A DNA stretch of 64,000 bases from Polymyxa betae A26-41 (lineage: Eukaryota > Protista > Endomyxa: Phytomyxea): the NCBI GenBank assembly GCA_003693705.1, contig RBZT01000855.1, forward strand, positions 236,981-300,980, in the 5' to 3' direction. Under the pieces are notes generated by a model that had not been told where the DNA came from, made no database searches, and worked only from the letters and a program-made list of their open reading frames with translations. The position numbers were made by a program, and so were the translations under genes. Shown here piece by piece: positions 27,537 through 39,345 of the stretch. Position 1 is the first letter of the stretch. Each line of letters starts with the position of its first letter.

Positions 27537-29111
27537 TTAGTTTATATTACTACGTCTTTTGCTACCAACATCATGGCTGTTATCATCATCGATGGACGGT
27601 TGGATATCAACGGGAGAATGGGTCAGCTGATCCATATTGGAAATCAGCTCATCCAATTTGACATCGGGGAAATCGGGATCTTCAGCGTCCTCATCGGAAT
27701 GTTCGACAGCTCTATCAGCAGCAACGATGGCGTTCTCTTCAGGATCACGCTTGAACAAGTTCACTCGGCAACGCAGCTCCATATCTTCCTCCAGCTCTCG
27801 AAGGAAGATCTCCTCATCACGAGCGTGTTGCTCCTCGTCCGTCTTGCCCTCTCCATCGTCAACTTTCATCAACGCATGCAGCTTGAACTTCCTTCGCTGC
27901 GCCCGGTTCTTACGACGGTACGTCTTCTTGACCAGGACGACGTCGGGAAGCTGGGCATTGCCGAACGCTTTCAAGTCATCATCGTTAAAGACCATACTTG
28001 TGAGATCATATCCAGACGCCAAATCACCCGGCTTCAGAACATTTCCAAGATGGGTGATGGTCTCGAACTGAACATCATTGACAGATAGATCTGATGAACG
28101 AGCACAGGTAACTTCAGCCTGAGCATATTTCCCATGAACAACGCCGGTCTTCACGACATCCAAGATCATGTATTCGACCAGATTCCGAGCCGAGCAGAGC
28201 GGGCGGAACGGATTCGCCCAGAATTTGCTGGCCGACAGCTCCATCGACTTCATTGATTCCGGATCCACGAAGTTCAGCATGGTTGATACCTTCGTGCAGA
28301 CCAGGAGAGGGCAGATACCACCAGCAGCTTGAGCCACCTTCTTCGGTAAGCAGATCAGATCCAACATACAGATCGGAACGATATCCACAAGCATGGTATG
28401 CTTGTAATTAGCAGTGTTGTTCTTGAAATCCTGTGAGATTAGTCGTTTCGATTGTTTCGATCGCGATGGGACGACATTCGTGATGAATTCGAGCATGGAC
28501 AGCGCGCGAGATTTGCTCGAGAAAAACATGTCGAGACCGCCGGGAGCGTTCTGAACGTACATGATCAGCTGGTTCATACCATGCTTTAAAATAAGCTGTT
28601 CCAGAAGCAGGAAGGTTCGCTTATGATCCGCTTTCTGCCTAATTTGAACGCAGGAATTCCAGATGTGTTCGGTGTACGAACGTTGACAATCTTCACATTG
28701 CTGAGTAGTGACAACAAGCTCGATAACAAAGGTCTGCTGGACGACGACGCCATTCAATGCAGCGATGTCTTTCTGGACCGTGACCTTGACTTTTAATCGT
28801 CGAGAGTGCGGCTCGGTCCAAACGAATCCAGCATCGATAAGTTTCAGCTTTTCGATGCCTTTGAATCGCTTCAGACAGAGAGCGAGCAATTCGGCGGATT
28901 CTAATTCCATGGCCTGCCATTGGGTCGATTTCTGGTAACGACCACATTCTTTACAGTAGACGACCGTTGAATGTTTAGCCAGTTCGGAGGTCAAATCGAC
29001 AGACGATTTCAGACAATCAGCACACATATTAGCGCCATTCGGCTTGATTTGGATGCCACATGTGCAGCAGAGAATGTGACCAATGTGCTCCTCGTACTGT
29101 AAATCAGCCAT
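27537..29111 (-). CDS. NMD3: 60S ribosomal export adaptor NMD3 (intronless)
   Basis: ILCCTCG...PNGANMC, CKEC, LIDAGFVWTEPHSRRLKVK, QCEDC, VQIRQKADHKRTF..LEQLILKH and an acidic C-terminus. Confidence 0.97.
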   Translation of the reverse strand: MADLQYEEHIGHILCCTCGIQIKPNGANMCADCLKSSVDLTSELAKHSTVVYCKECGRYQKSTQWQAMELESAELLALCLKRFKGIEKLKLIDAGFVWTEPHSRRLKVKVTVQKDIAALNGVVVQQTFVIELVVTTQQCEDCQRSYTEHIWNSCVQIRQKADHKRTFLLLEQLILKHGMNQLIMYVQNAPGGLDMFFSSKSRALSMLEFITNVVPSRSKQSKRLISQDFKNNTANYKHTMLVDIVPICMLDLICLPKKVAQAAGGICPLLVCTKVSTMLNFVDPESMKSMELSASKFWANPFRPLCSARNLVEYMILDVVKTGVVHGKYAQAEVTCARSSDLSVNDVQFETITHLGNVLKPGDLASGYDLTSMVFNDDDLKAFGNAQLPDVVLVKKTYRRKNRAQRRKFKLHALMKVDDGEGKTDEEQHARDEEIFLRELEEDMELRCRVNLFKRDPEENAIVAADRAVEHSDEDAEDPDFPDVKLDELISNMDQLTHSPVDIQPSIDDDNSHDVGSKRRSNIN

Positions 29112-29623
29112 GATGACGACGGTGGCGAGATAGCCGAGGCAATCTCAGCAATTCACGAATCAGCCAGGCAGATTTTCGGACTTTCGGCATGCCGGAAAAA
29201 AATCTTCAAATTGTTCAAAAAATTTCACTTAAATCTGCTCTTAACAAGCGAGTATTCAGCATTGCCTTGAATATGTTGTTTGAAGTTCGATACAATAATT
29301 GGTTTAATTTATCTACCAATATCCAAGGTCATCGTCTCATAATCGAGATGATCGTAATGTGCTGAACACAATGATCAAACTTCGAACGTTCAGGTCATTA
29401 ACAGCGCGATAGGTTGTGTTGTGTCGATCGTGCATTGCTGTTCAGTCGTTGAAGGTGATTGGGCACTGGCGGTTGTGACCGTCTTGTGACCGACAGTGAT
29501 CTTTACGCTGTGTCTGTGCCCTCCTGCCGAACAGATACAGACTCCAATAGAATGGTTGCGAATTAAATGACACGATTGCAAGGTTCGAAAGTGTCGCTGC
29601 TATTAACGAAATACTTTGGTATT

Positions 29624-32353
29624 ATGACAGCTGGCGTAAGTCGTCAAAATTTGTGATTAATCGAAGTAATTCACTGCTTCACAGAAACAACCAGAAGGCG
29701 TCCCAAACGTTTATGACCGTAACAAAGACCTGAACAATCAGTTGGGGTTCTCAGGTGAATCTGCTTTCATTGTATTGATATTGGTAATATTCACTGCTCC
29801 ATAGATTCAGACCAATCCGAGGCTGATGATAAGTCGGTCGATGGCGATGAAGAACTGGCCGATTTGCAACGACAGCTGCAAATCTTCAAACAAGCGTTCA
29901 AGGAATCTGAACAAGCCAGGCAATTAGCAGAAGTTGCAGCCAAAGTTTCTGAGAAGAAGCTGACCGATTTGAAGCAAGTATCGAAGAGTGCTTTAGCGTC
30001 ATTAGAGAGCAGATATCAGGCCAAAATTAGGTCTCTACAAGAGGCGAACTCTTCAAATGGCTTTCCTGATCAATCATGCCTGATACCATCAGATTTGGAA
30101 TCACAACAATCTCTTCAAGAACTGCAGAAATGTTTATCTGAAAAGAACGCTGAATTGTCCCATTTGAAGCGAAAGTATGAAGAGCATCTACATTGCCAAT
30201 TTCGATTAGAAGAGCTGAACGAGGCGAATTTATTCCTTCGTGCCGAAACTCAGCGATTGCAGTCTGACTTAAATGCATCGCAGCCCTGCAAACCGAACTT
30301 CTCGCAAACGAACCTTGAAACTGACTCTTCAAAACGCGAACCTGAGTTGCAGAACATCATTGAGCAACATGAAACGATGTCGAAACTGAACGAGGACAAA
30401 ATCCAGCAGTATCAATGCGAGATCCAGAACATCGCTTCAAGCATTGCTGAGCGAGAGCAGACCATTAGAAAGCTCCATCAACATATCGAGGCGATCAGCA
30501 GCCAGATGAAGACATTGGAAAATCGCATAGAAGAACAAGATCAAACGATTGGGAAACTTCGTCAACAGAATGAATTGGCGAGCAACGAGATCAAGAAACT
30601 AGAGACTGAGATCGGTGAACGCGATCGGGCTACTGACCGGCTCCGTCAACAAAGCGAAGAAACGGACGAACTCATGGAACAGCTAAATGCTGATATTCAG
30701 GAAAAAGATCAGATTATTAATGAACTTCGGCAGCATCATGACGAAGTTGATCATCGAATTGAAGGATTTCAAACAGAAATTGAGAAGCGAGACCGTCTGA
30801 TCGGTGAACTTCGCCTTTCTGTTGCATCAAGCAGCGGTCGCATTGAACAACTGCAGAATGAAGTTACTCGAAGTACTCAGTGTCAGCAATGTACCAGATT
30901 ACAGGACATTGTCAACAATTTGGAACAGAATCGACGCAATGATGGTCAAATACAATATCAGCATCTACATCAGTTACGACAGCAGATTAGATCATTCAAG
31001 CACGACATGGCTGAGATCGGCGAAAGCGTCAAGATACTGCAAGGCGAAGTTCTGCCGTTATTGCATCGATCTCTACAGAGAAGTTCGAGATTTGAATCGG
31101 CTTACAAGGAGGTCAATGAACACAGACGATATTTGGCGAATCTGGTGGAGGAAATCCGCGGCAACATTCGAGTATATTGCAGAATACGACCATGCCACAA
31201 TGGTGAAGAAAACGCCATTGTCAAACTCGGCGATGAACAAACTCCTGAAAGCCTGACAATCAAGAAACAGGTGACATGGCGAAATCTGTAATCTCAGTCA
31301 TTAACGACACTCGAAGGGATTTGCGCCATTTCGATTTCGCTTCGACAAAGTGTTCAGATTGGAATCCAATCAGAATGAGGTTTTCCAAGAGGTGCAAGGT
31401 CTTGTGGACTTGGTTACTGATGGATATCATGTCTGTATCTTTGCTTATGGACAAACTGGATCTGGGTAAGCGATTTCATGGACTGCTGAGATGGACTGAA
31501 GCTGATTTTTCAGTAAAACGTATACGATGGTTGGGACGGATCAGGATCCTGGCGTGAAACGACAAGCTATCGATAGGTTATTCCAGTTAAAGACAAACTC
31601 GGATTCCATTCAATGCAGTCTGCTGGAAATCTATAACGAGACGCTCTCTGACCTGCTGTCAAACTCAGAGGATTCCCAACTTAAGATCGGCCTCAATGCC
31701 AATGGCAATGTCGAAGTCCATGGCCTGTCTCAGATCACTGTACTCTCAAATGCTGAAGCATACCAACTCTTTGTGCAAGGAAGCCAGCGCAGATCGATCG
31801 CATCCACTAAAATGAATTCCGATTCAAGCAGATCACATTTGATTCTTTCGATCACGTTCACCAAAGTTGATCGAATTACGTCGAAACCACAAACTGGTTT
31901 GTTGAACAGTGTGAAATCCTCAATCTAACGCTCAGTATAGGAATTCTGCAACTGATAGATCTCGCAGGTAGTGAAGCAGTTAGCAGATCAGGAGCAACGG
32001 GTGACAGACTGAAAGAGGCACAAGCAATCAACAAATCGTTGTCTGCACTAGGGGACGTTATTGCTGCTAAAGGTGGTTCCCGTCTCGTTGTCATTAAACA
32101 TTACTAACATCCATTCTCAGCAACAAAAAACAGTCACATTCCATTTAGAAACAGCAAACTGACATACCTGCTACAAAGTTCGTTATCAAAAAATAGCAAA
32201 ACTCTGATGATTGTTAACTGCAGCCCAGCAACATCCGATGTGGTTCGTACTATAGGTTTTTTGATGCCCTGAACTGACCGCATTCTCTAGACCGAAACGA
32301 TAACATCATTGAAATTTGCAACTCGTGTCAGATCCGTTGAACTTAATACATAG
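29624..32353 (+). CDS. Kinesin-14 (C-terminal motor) with long coiled-coil stalk; start uncertain
   Basis: Neck [13 protein letters not shown]-loop [14 protein letters not shown] (spliced), [42 protein letters not shown]. Stop at 32353. Confidence 0.93.
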
Positions 32354-32412
32354 CCTTGATTCATGTTTAGCTGTTGGTCACAGATTATAGATTCCATGAG
32401 CTTATACACTCG

Positions 32413-33087
32413 ATGTCATCTTTAGCACCGTTGTCGCGTTTACCTCCATTATCTTCTATCAATAAGACACTTCCTGCAATACAGCCAAAAAATCACCCGA
32501 TTTCAGATGATCCGCTTTTATCGTTGAAATCAAGCCCGCTCGACTTACAGCAGAAATCGAGAATCACACCATTAAAAATTGCTGTACGCTTTCATCCTTT
32601 ATCCATTGCATTGGTATATAATGACCAGAAATACAACAAGAACCGCATTCGCCAAATATCCTCAAGCGAGTTAGGAACATGTCAAGGGCCAGAACAGACA
32701 TTATTTCTTTTACGAACGAAGTACCAACAATATTTGTCAAGTATCGATCCAAGCCAAATTGAGAAAATTGTTCATGGCCTCTTTGAAACTCCAATAAGCC
32801 ACCATTCAAGTCATAAAATAGGAGAGCTCGACCTTGATCAGGACCTCAACAAAGTCGCACCTGAAAAACTGCTCGCTGCTAAAACATTGATGAATACTTC
32901 TTTTGAAAAAAATCGCCTGAGACCAGGCCAAGACGGATACATTTATGACAAGAAAGCCGAATTTCAGCCAACACAGAAAAGCGAATGGGATGAGGAACCG
33001 GAGGCATTCAGCGAGGTCGAAGATGAGATTGACTTTTCAGCAGCCGAGGTCACCGACGACGAAAACTTACAATCTCCCCATTTCTAA
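32413..33087 (+). CDS. CEP19: Centrosomal/ciliogenesis protein CEP19
   Basis: AVRFHPLSIALVY....KNRIRQI and DLNKV....L..AK..M...FEKNRLRPG..GYIYDKKAEF......WD. Confidence 0.87.
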   Translation: MSSLAPLSRLPPLSSINKTLPAIQPKNHPISDDPLLSLKSSPLDLQQKSRITPLKIAVRFHPLSIALVYNDQKYNKNRIRQISSSELGTCQGPEQTLFLLRTKYQQYLSSIDPSQIEKIVHGLFETPISHHSSHKIGELDLDQDLNKVAPEKLLAAKTLMNTSFEKNRLRPGQDGYIYDKKAEFQPTQKSEWDEEPEAFSEVEDEIDFSAAEVTDDENLQSPHF

Positions 33088-33219
33088 TAGAATTAATAAA
33101 ATGAAATCATCAGGCACACTCAAGTTAGCCTCTGACCGGACCACTCAGAATTCTGAGTTCTGCCACACGCTACAACCCATTATTCGACCAATGAGAGGAG
33201 TTCTATGTGGTCGCATATG

Positions 33220-33436
33220 AGCTCAAGACCCCACCAATTTTTAGAGGACACCTGGTTGTATAAGGCCAGGACTCCAAAACCCCATCAATTTAATGAAGCG
33301 CCTGTTTGTATAGGGCCAGGACCCCAAAACCCCATTAATTTAATGAGGCGCCTGGTTGTATTGGGCCAGGACCCCAAGACCCCATCAATTTAAAGAGGCG
33401 CCTGGTTGTATAGGGCCAATACCCCATGACCCCATC
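33220..33436. repeat. Minisatellite, ~4.3 copies of a 50-bp unit
   Basis: Unit approximately ACCCCAARACCCCATCAATTTAATGAGGCGCCTGGTTGTATAGGGCCAGG at 33220, 33271, 33321, 33371 and partially at 33421. Confidence 0.95.
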
Positions 33437-33449
33437 CAGCGCAGTCGTC

Positions 33450-35971
33450 ATGAGCGTAGGCACTTATACACTCAGTCCTCTTCAAAGCCCCAGCAAGGCT
33501 CGATCAGCCTTGCATGCCGACATCCTGGTCCAGGTTCTGGACCCGACCCTGCGTCTGCATCAGGTCAGGATAGAATCAGCCTCCACAGTTGATGCCGACT
33601 CCAGTATTAGGATCTGGGTGTCGAATCTGGCGACTGGATTCTCATAGAGCATAATGGAAGGAAAGCTGCCGGTCAGGTGATATTAGATCCCGAGGCCGAA
33701 GGCGAACCGAGCTTGATGGCGTCTCCATTGCTGTTTTTTTATCTTAAAGATATACCGACCAATCCGTTTCTCGATCGTCATTGCTCGATTGAAGTTTCTA
33801 TTGGTCGGCTTAATGAGAAATCGTCGCCGTATCAGGTTCCAGTTTCTGCAGCCCAAAGTGTCATTCTGAAGCCGCTGGCGTCTCATCGCTCTCAGCCATC
33901 TAGGGAAGCGACGCAAGCGTTTTTCAGGATACCTCATGTATTTACAAGTGGCATGGTTATTGGCATTCCTTTTGATGAGAATAGCCCATTGCTGTATAAT
34001 GACCTGCATTTAGGGGGATTGCCCTCACATCCTTCACCTCTTGATTGTCTACCAGACCTGTCTATAACTGATTCGGTTAGTTTGTCGTTCTACCAAATTT
34101 GGTGTCCAGACCAGTCTGTATTCGTTGTCGATGAGTTGACCACACGTGTGACTATTGAGCACACAGCGATTCATTCATTCGCTCCATATGAGATGGCTCA
34201 GTATATGTCGCAGATGAATCCAGATAGCAACTTATTTATTTCGCAACGTCATTTTGACTTGCTGATCGGGGCCATTCGCCCATTTTTTCATCCTCTTGCT
34301 AATCAGCTAAGTTTATCGCCAAACGTGTTATTTCTTGGGCGACGTCGGTCAGGCAAGCGTTTATTAGTAAGCATGGTGGCTCGGGCGCTCGGTGTCAATT
34401 TCGTCGAAGTAAACTGCCACGATTTACTGCATGCAACTGAGAATCAGACCGCACTCCATCTGCAGAAATTCGTCTCTGCTTCAGCCTCGACACATCCTGT
34501 CATTATACATCTAAGACGACTGTCCGCTTTGTGGGAGCAAAGTATAGCACATGGTCGTGCCGATTGCAGCTTCCTGGGCTCGATTCTGCGTCAAGAACTG
34601 ATCACATGCGGCAAAATGCCGAATGTCGTCGTTATTGGAAGCTGCGAAGGACCAAAACATGCTATTCCGCCTGCTGTATCTTCGGCGTTTTGCTATGAAG
34701 TGATATTGCCCGCCCTGGAAACTCAAGAACGTGCTCATCTCCTTCTGAATTACATGCCCAGTAGATGCTCTGATTTGATCAGAGAAGCTACTTCAGCGAT
34801 CGCAGGAGCCAGCAATGGCGATATTCTTGATCTGTGCTCACAAGTCGAGTTAAATTCCCTCGTGCGGTCGCGCGAAATAGTACCCAAAGTTAATTCTGGC
34901 GACGAGCTCCAACAACTATATAATGACTCTCACGATTTCTGTGATGCATCGTATCCAGCTGAACCTAATTCAGCCGATCTTTGTGCTGCCGTCGCATCTT
35001 ATCAAAAACGGATAGCCTCATCAGAAGGTGCTGCTGCTACATCTGCCGGTATTCCTAATGTAAAGTGGGAAGATATTGGTGGCCTTTCTGATGTTAAAGA
35101 GGCCATTCTCGATATCATAGACCTTCCATACCGACATCCTGAATTATTTAAAGGCGACGTTCGCCGCAAATCTGGCGTGCTTCTTTACGGTCCGCCTGGG
35201 ACAGGAAAGACACTGTTTGCTAAGGCCATTGCTACCGAGTGCTGCTTGAACTTCATTAGCATCAAAGGGCCAGAGTTACTTAATATGTACGTCGGCGAGA
35301 GTGAGGCTAATGTTCGAGCAGTTTTTGAGCGCGCACGTGCTTCAAAACCTTGCATTATGTTTTTTGACGAACTTGATTCGTTAGCACCGAATCGTGGCCA
35401 GGGCTCAGATTCAGGAGGTGTAATGGACCGGGTTGTCTCACAGCTACTCACCGAGTTGGATGGAATGGACAAAGCTAATGATATCTTCGTTATTGGGGCA
35501 ACGAATCGCCCAGATTTAATCGATTCTGCGTTGTTACGGCCTGGACGCTTAGATAGTTGCATTTATCTAGGAACATGCCAGGATAAAGGTTCACAGATCA
35601 AGATTCTACAGGCTCTAACAAGGAAGTTCAAGCTTGCTGAAGATGTTTGTCTCGAGAGTGTTGCAGAAAATTGCCCGTTCACTTTTACAGGAGCTGATTT
35701 TTACGCTCTGTGCTCAGATGCGATGCTCAACGCAATCAAATCAAATATAAAGATGGTCGATGAACACCTACAAAGAAACTACGATGATACAAGCCAGTAT
35801 AAGAAGATTCGAACAGCTCTCAGGTCTATTACTCCTGATCAATTTCAAGTCTGTGTATCTCAGGATAACTTCTTAAGGGCTCTTAGTTTCTTAACCCCAT
35901 CATTGACAGAATTAGAGCTTCTTCGTTACGAAATGCTAAGGAGGCAATTTGAAGAATCTCGTTCATCGTAA
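33450..35971 (+). CDS. PEX6: Peroxisomal AAA+ ATPase PEX6 (one 5' intron, about 33564-33610)
   Basis: Degenerate D1 domain. D2 has IPNVKWEDIGG, GVLLYGPPGTGKTLFAKAIATEC.LNFISIKGPELLNMYVGESE, APNRGQGSDSGGVMDRVVSQLL and FTGADFYALCSDA. Confidence 0.92.
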
Positions 35972-36024
35972 TTTTATTTATTGCAAAGTTTTCTATTCCA
36001 ATATATTCATATACAATGCTGAAA

Positions 36025-39000
36025 TCAAACAAAAGCAAATGGGTCTATATTAGTGGGATCGGGTTCACAAGCGACCGTGTTTGTAACCAATTGTCGCGCG
36101 CCCTGACGACGATGTCTGGCCCCAGCAGTTGATATTGAAGGCACTACTGCTCGAGCCGGCTTACCCGAACCGATTGCTTCTGGACATTATCTTTGTAAAG
36201 AATTCCAATCGATTTCTAGTGTTTTACCTTTGCGTATTTTCTGAGTTGCTGTATGATGCTTGTTTCCTTTTGCCGCATGATGTTGATATAGACTGGGATC
36301 TTTAGTCTGTTTTAATTTTCGAACGCTGCAATCTTTAAGAGTGGAGTTTTTCTCGGAAGTTCTAGCCTCGGATTTGCGAAGCTCGTTCTTTTTGCTTAAG
36401 GCTTTGACAGCCTTCGTCTTCTCAGGTCCCAAGTGAATGACAATGCGGTTCTCTGCGAAGCTCTTGAGACATTCTGATTTGTAATGGATGATCGCGGTCT
36501 TGCAACGATATTTGAATTCTTACCTTTTTCCATTTCGTTTCCGTTCCAATTCGGCCCAGGCAATGGGCACTCATGCCCGCCGTTCAGTTCCGATTTTGCT
36601 AAATCGTCATTGGTTTCTTTTAGCTGCGAGCGTACAGTTTGCTGATTTGCCGTATGTTGTGATTAATAGCGAGCATTTCCTATACGTCTGGATTAAAATG
36701 TTACCTCTTGGTTTTGCTGATGTTGCTTCAGAAGGTTGATGGAGTCGAGTTGTTTGATCTGAGCACGTGTTAAACAGCTCTCACTTTGATTCTAAGTTTT
36801 ACCTTCCTACTTAGTTCTATTTCTTGAAGTTGCTTTGTGCGATCAAATTCTCTCTCAAACTGTTCTATTATCTTCTATCCTAACCATTAGCACGAGTCCA
36901 ATCGTACAGCATTCTATGTACCTTTCTTTGAAGATTGTTTAGCTTCTTTTCAAATTCGTTCTTCAGTCTTCCAAGCTCGGATTCGTAGCACAAGCTTTCT
37001 TGTCTCGCCTATGCCAATGTTGGTAATCTGCCAAATAACCATACATTTCCCCGACAAACCACATCATCATATTCCTTGATCTCTTTGGTGAGTACAGAAA
37101 TGGAATGCTTAAAATCGAGTATCAATCGCAAATTCTTGCTGTTTCGCTCTGTCATATCCCGATGTAATTCCATCATCTGATTTTGCCTCTGCTGGAAGAC
37201 AAGCAGATTAGCACGTAAGACAGTCACTTGAATCTCCTTAGATTTAGCAATCTAATCCGTTGTGTGAGAAATGAATAAAACATTTGGAATTAGCTAAATT
37301 GCCTCTCGATAGTGGAGCAGGTCGCATATTGCAGCTTCTTTTTGGATTTTTGCTTCAAGCCTTTCAGATAGCTTACATATTTGTCCCAGCATTTTTTTGA
37401 ATTCCAAATTCTTGCTGAGCTCACAACGTTCGATTAATTCAATTGATCGGATAAGGTCGCCTGAAACCAATGGTTTGACAGCGATTTCATATTAGTAAAA
37501 TTGTACCCATCAATTTCAGTTGCGTGTCATTGTGCTTTATGACCAAAGGCCTCAGGATTCCTACTTGATCCTCAGACTCCTAGATCCAGGATTCAGTGCT
37601 TTAAGTATGCTGATGTAGGTCTTACCTTGAGCTCAATAGAAAGTTCATGAACAGAGGACGTCAATGTCGAAATGCTGTTCTTTAGCTTCTTAACCTCATT
37701 CCAAATGTGGAAGCATTTTTTTTCTTTGTAGAAATCCAGTTGCTTGACTCGATGGTCTAACTCAAAACACTCTGAAGTTCTTATACCGGAATCTGAGAGT
37801 TCTTTTGTCCGATCCTCAATACTAATTAAGATTTTTAGCACTGCATAGGTAAGATAAAGCTGTATACCAGTCTGATAACGATTTCTTGCAGATTTCAAGT
37901 CTTTCTGCTTGAACCAGAATAGAGTCGTTAAGCTCGGATATCTCATATTGTTGATCCTCGTTTTCTCGATTGACATAAAGTACTGAGCTCAAGTTTAATT
38001 GCATTTGTTTCAGATAGTCACGTCTCAAGAAATATGATTGTTCAAAGTTTGAAGCATCCTACGTCAATGGAAATCAATTAGAAATATAACTTTAAAACGG
38101 TTTTCTCTCACGTACCCCATAATTGTCTATTAACTTTTGGTGACAATCTTGAACATATTGCAATTTTTCCTTCAGTGTCGCGACAGCATTCGTCAATACT
38201 GACAAGCGCTGCTTTGACAGTTCTAAGAGTGCATACCAGGGAATGCTGATACTGGTTTTTGGCTTAGGAATGCACAAATTATGTATGACAGTTATGTTTG
38301 TCGACATCGATTCTGATCAAACGCTCAGACATTGGAATTGATTGTACCTGAAGTTACTTACCAAGAGCGACTGAAACCTGTTGTGTATCACTGACAATCA
38401 TTCTATTAAATGTTTCGATGTCACTCTTCATAGCATCAAGCTGTAGCAACGATTGTGTGCCTATGGACATCTTATATTGCTTATACATTCAATCTTCGGG
38501 GCCATACTAAATTCAAGCAAAGCCAACTCTTCCTTTAACTTAGCATCTGCATCTTTCATCTGTATGTCAACCCAGCTTAGAGCTTCTTCAGTTCTCGAAC
38601 AGTCTATCTGAAGCTTGTGCATGCATGTCTTTACTGCCTCAAATCTCAAGTCATTTTTCTGAAAAATCATCCCGGCCGAATCAAATAATTCGTGAAAGGC
38701 TTCTGAATTTTTCTTGAATTCGTCCAATGATTGATCTTTCTGTGAAATATCTGCACTTAATGTTGCAATGCAAGCTTTAACTTCGTTTATCCTGTTTCTC
38801 ATAGTCTCATTAGTCTCCTTCTGCTTCTCTAAATCCGCAATCTAATTGATATTGAGAGAACTACAATTTAAGTTTCAATCAAACATGCTTTGACAGAAAT
38901 ATTCTGTTTCGCTCGCGACAGCTTCTGTTTCATTGACAACGCGTTCGTCCTCAGGCGACTGAATACCGACTCAGAAGAAACAGCTTGCTGATTTTGAAGA

Positions 39001-39193
39001 CACGCTTTGGCGGTCGGCGGCCATGAACGCCTTGTCTGCCGGACGCATTCTGACGACATCGGTTGCTTCAATTGACGGACCTGTTCCATTCCAGCCAGCA
39101 CAGCTGACGCCAACCCGTCGGACGACACCACCTTTCGTCCAACAGAGACGAAATGAATAGCAAATGAGAAGCCTTGACCTCCCTTCTTATCAT
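36025..39193 (-). CDS. Long coiled-coil protein (~16 introns, roughly 750-850 aa) with basic tail ending IDPFAFV*; candidate ZYP1/SYCP1-like; start uncertain
   Basis: Successive heptad-rich exons, a K/R-rich C-terminal region, and a last exon ...CEPDPTNIDPFAFV*. The gene is well supported. The identity is inference. Confidence 0.72.
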
Positions 39194-39345
39194 GGCACTG
39201 TCTTGAGCCACATGACCCACATTACAGTGGCCCACGATCCAATCTCGACTGCAAAAGTGAATACGGGAGGTTACGTTACAGATTCCACTCTGCCTTAGAA
39301 CACGACCTAAGGTCAGGGCTAAAGCGTCTGCGTACGAAATACATA

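Noticed and set aside
27573-28938. Long antisense ORFs over NMD3 (and similar shadows over GCN1, PEX6 and DNAJC21)
   Set aside because: Expected shadows of codon bias opposite well-supported genes.
33220-33436. CRISPR array
   Set aside because: Units are contiguous near-identical 50-mers with no unique spacers, the context is eukaryotic and there are no cas genes.
34330-34370. Degenerate Walker A (GRRRSGKR) in the first AAA domain
   Set aside because: An inactive D1 domain is normal for PEX6.
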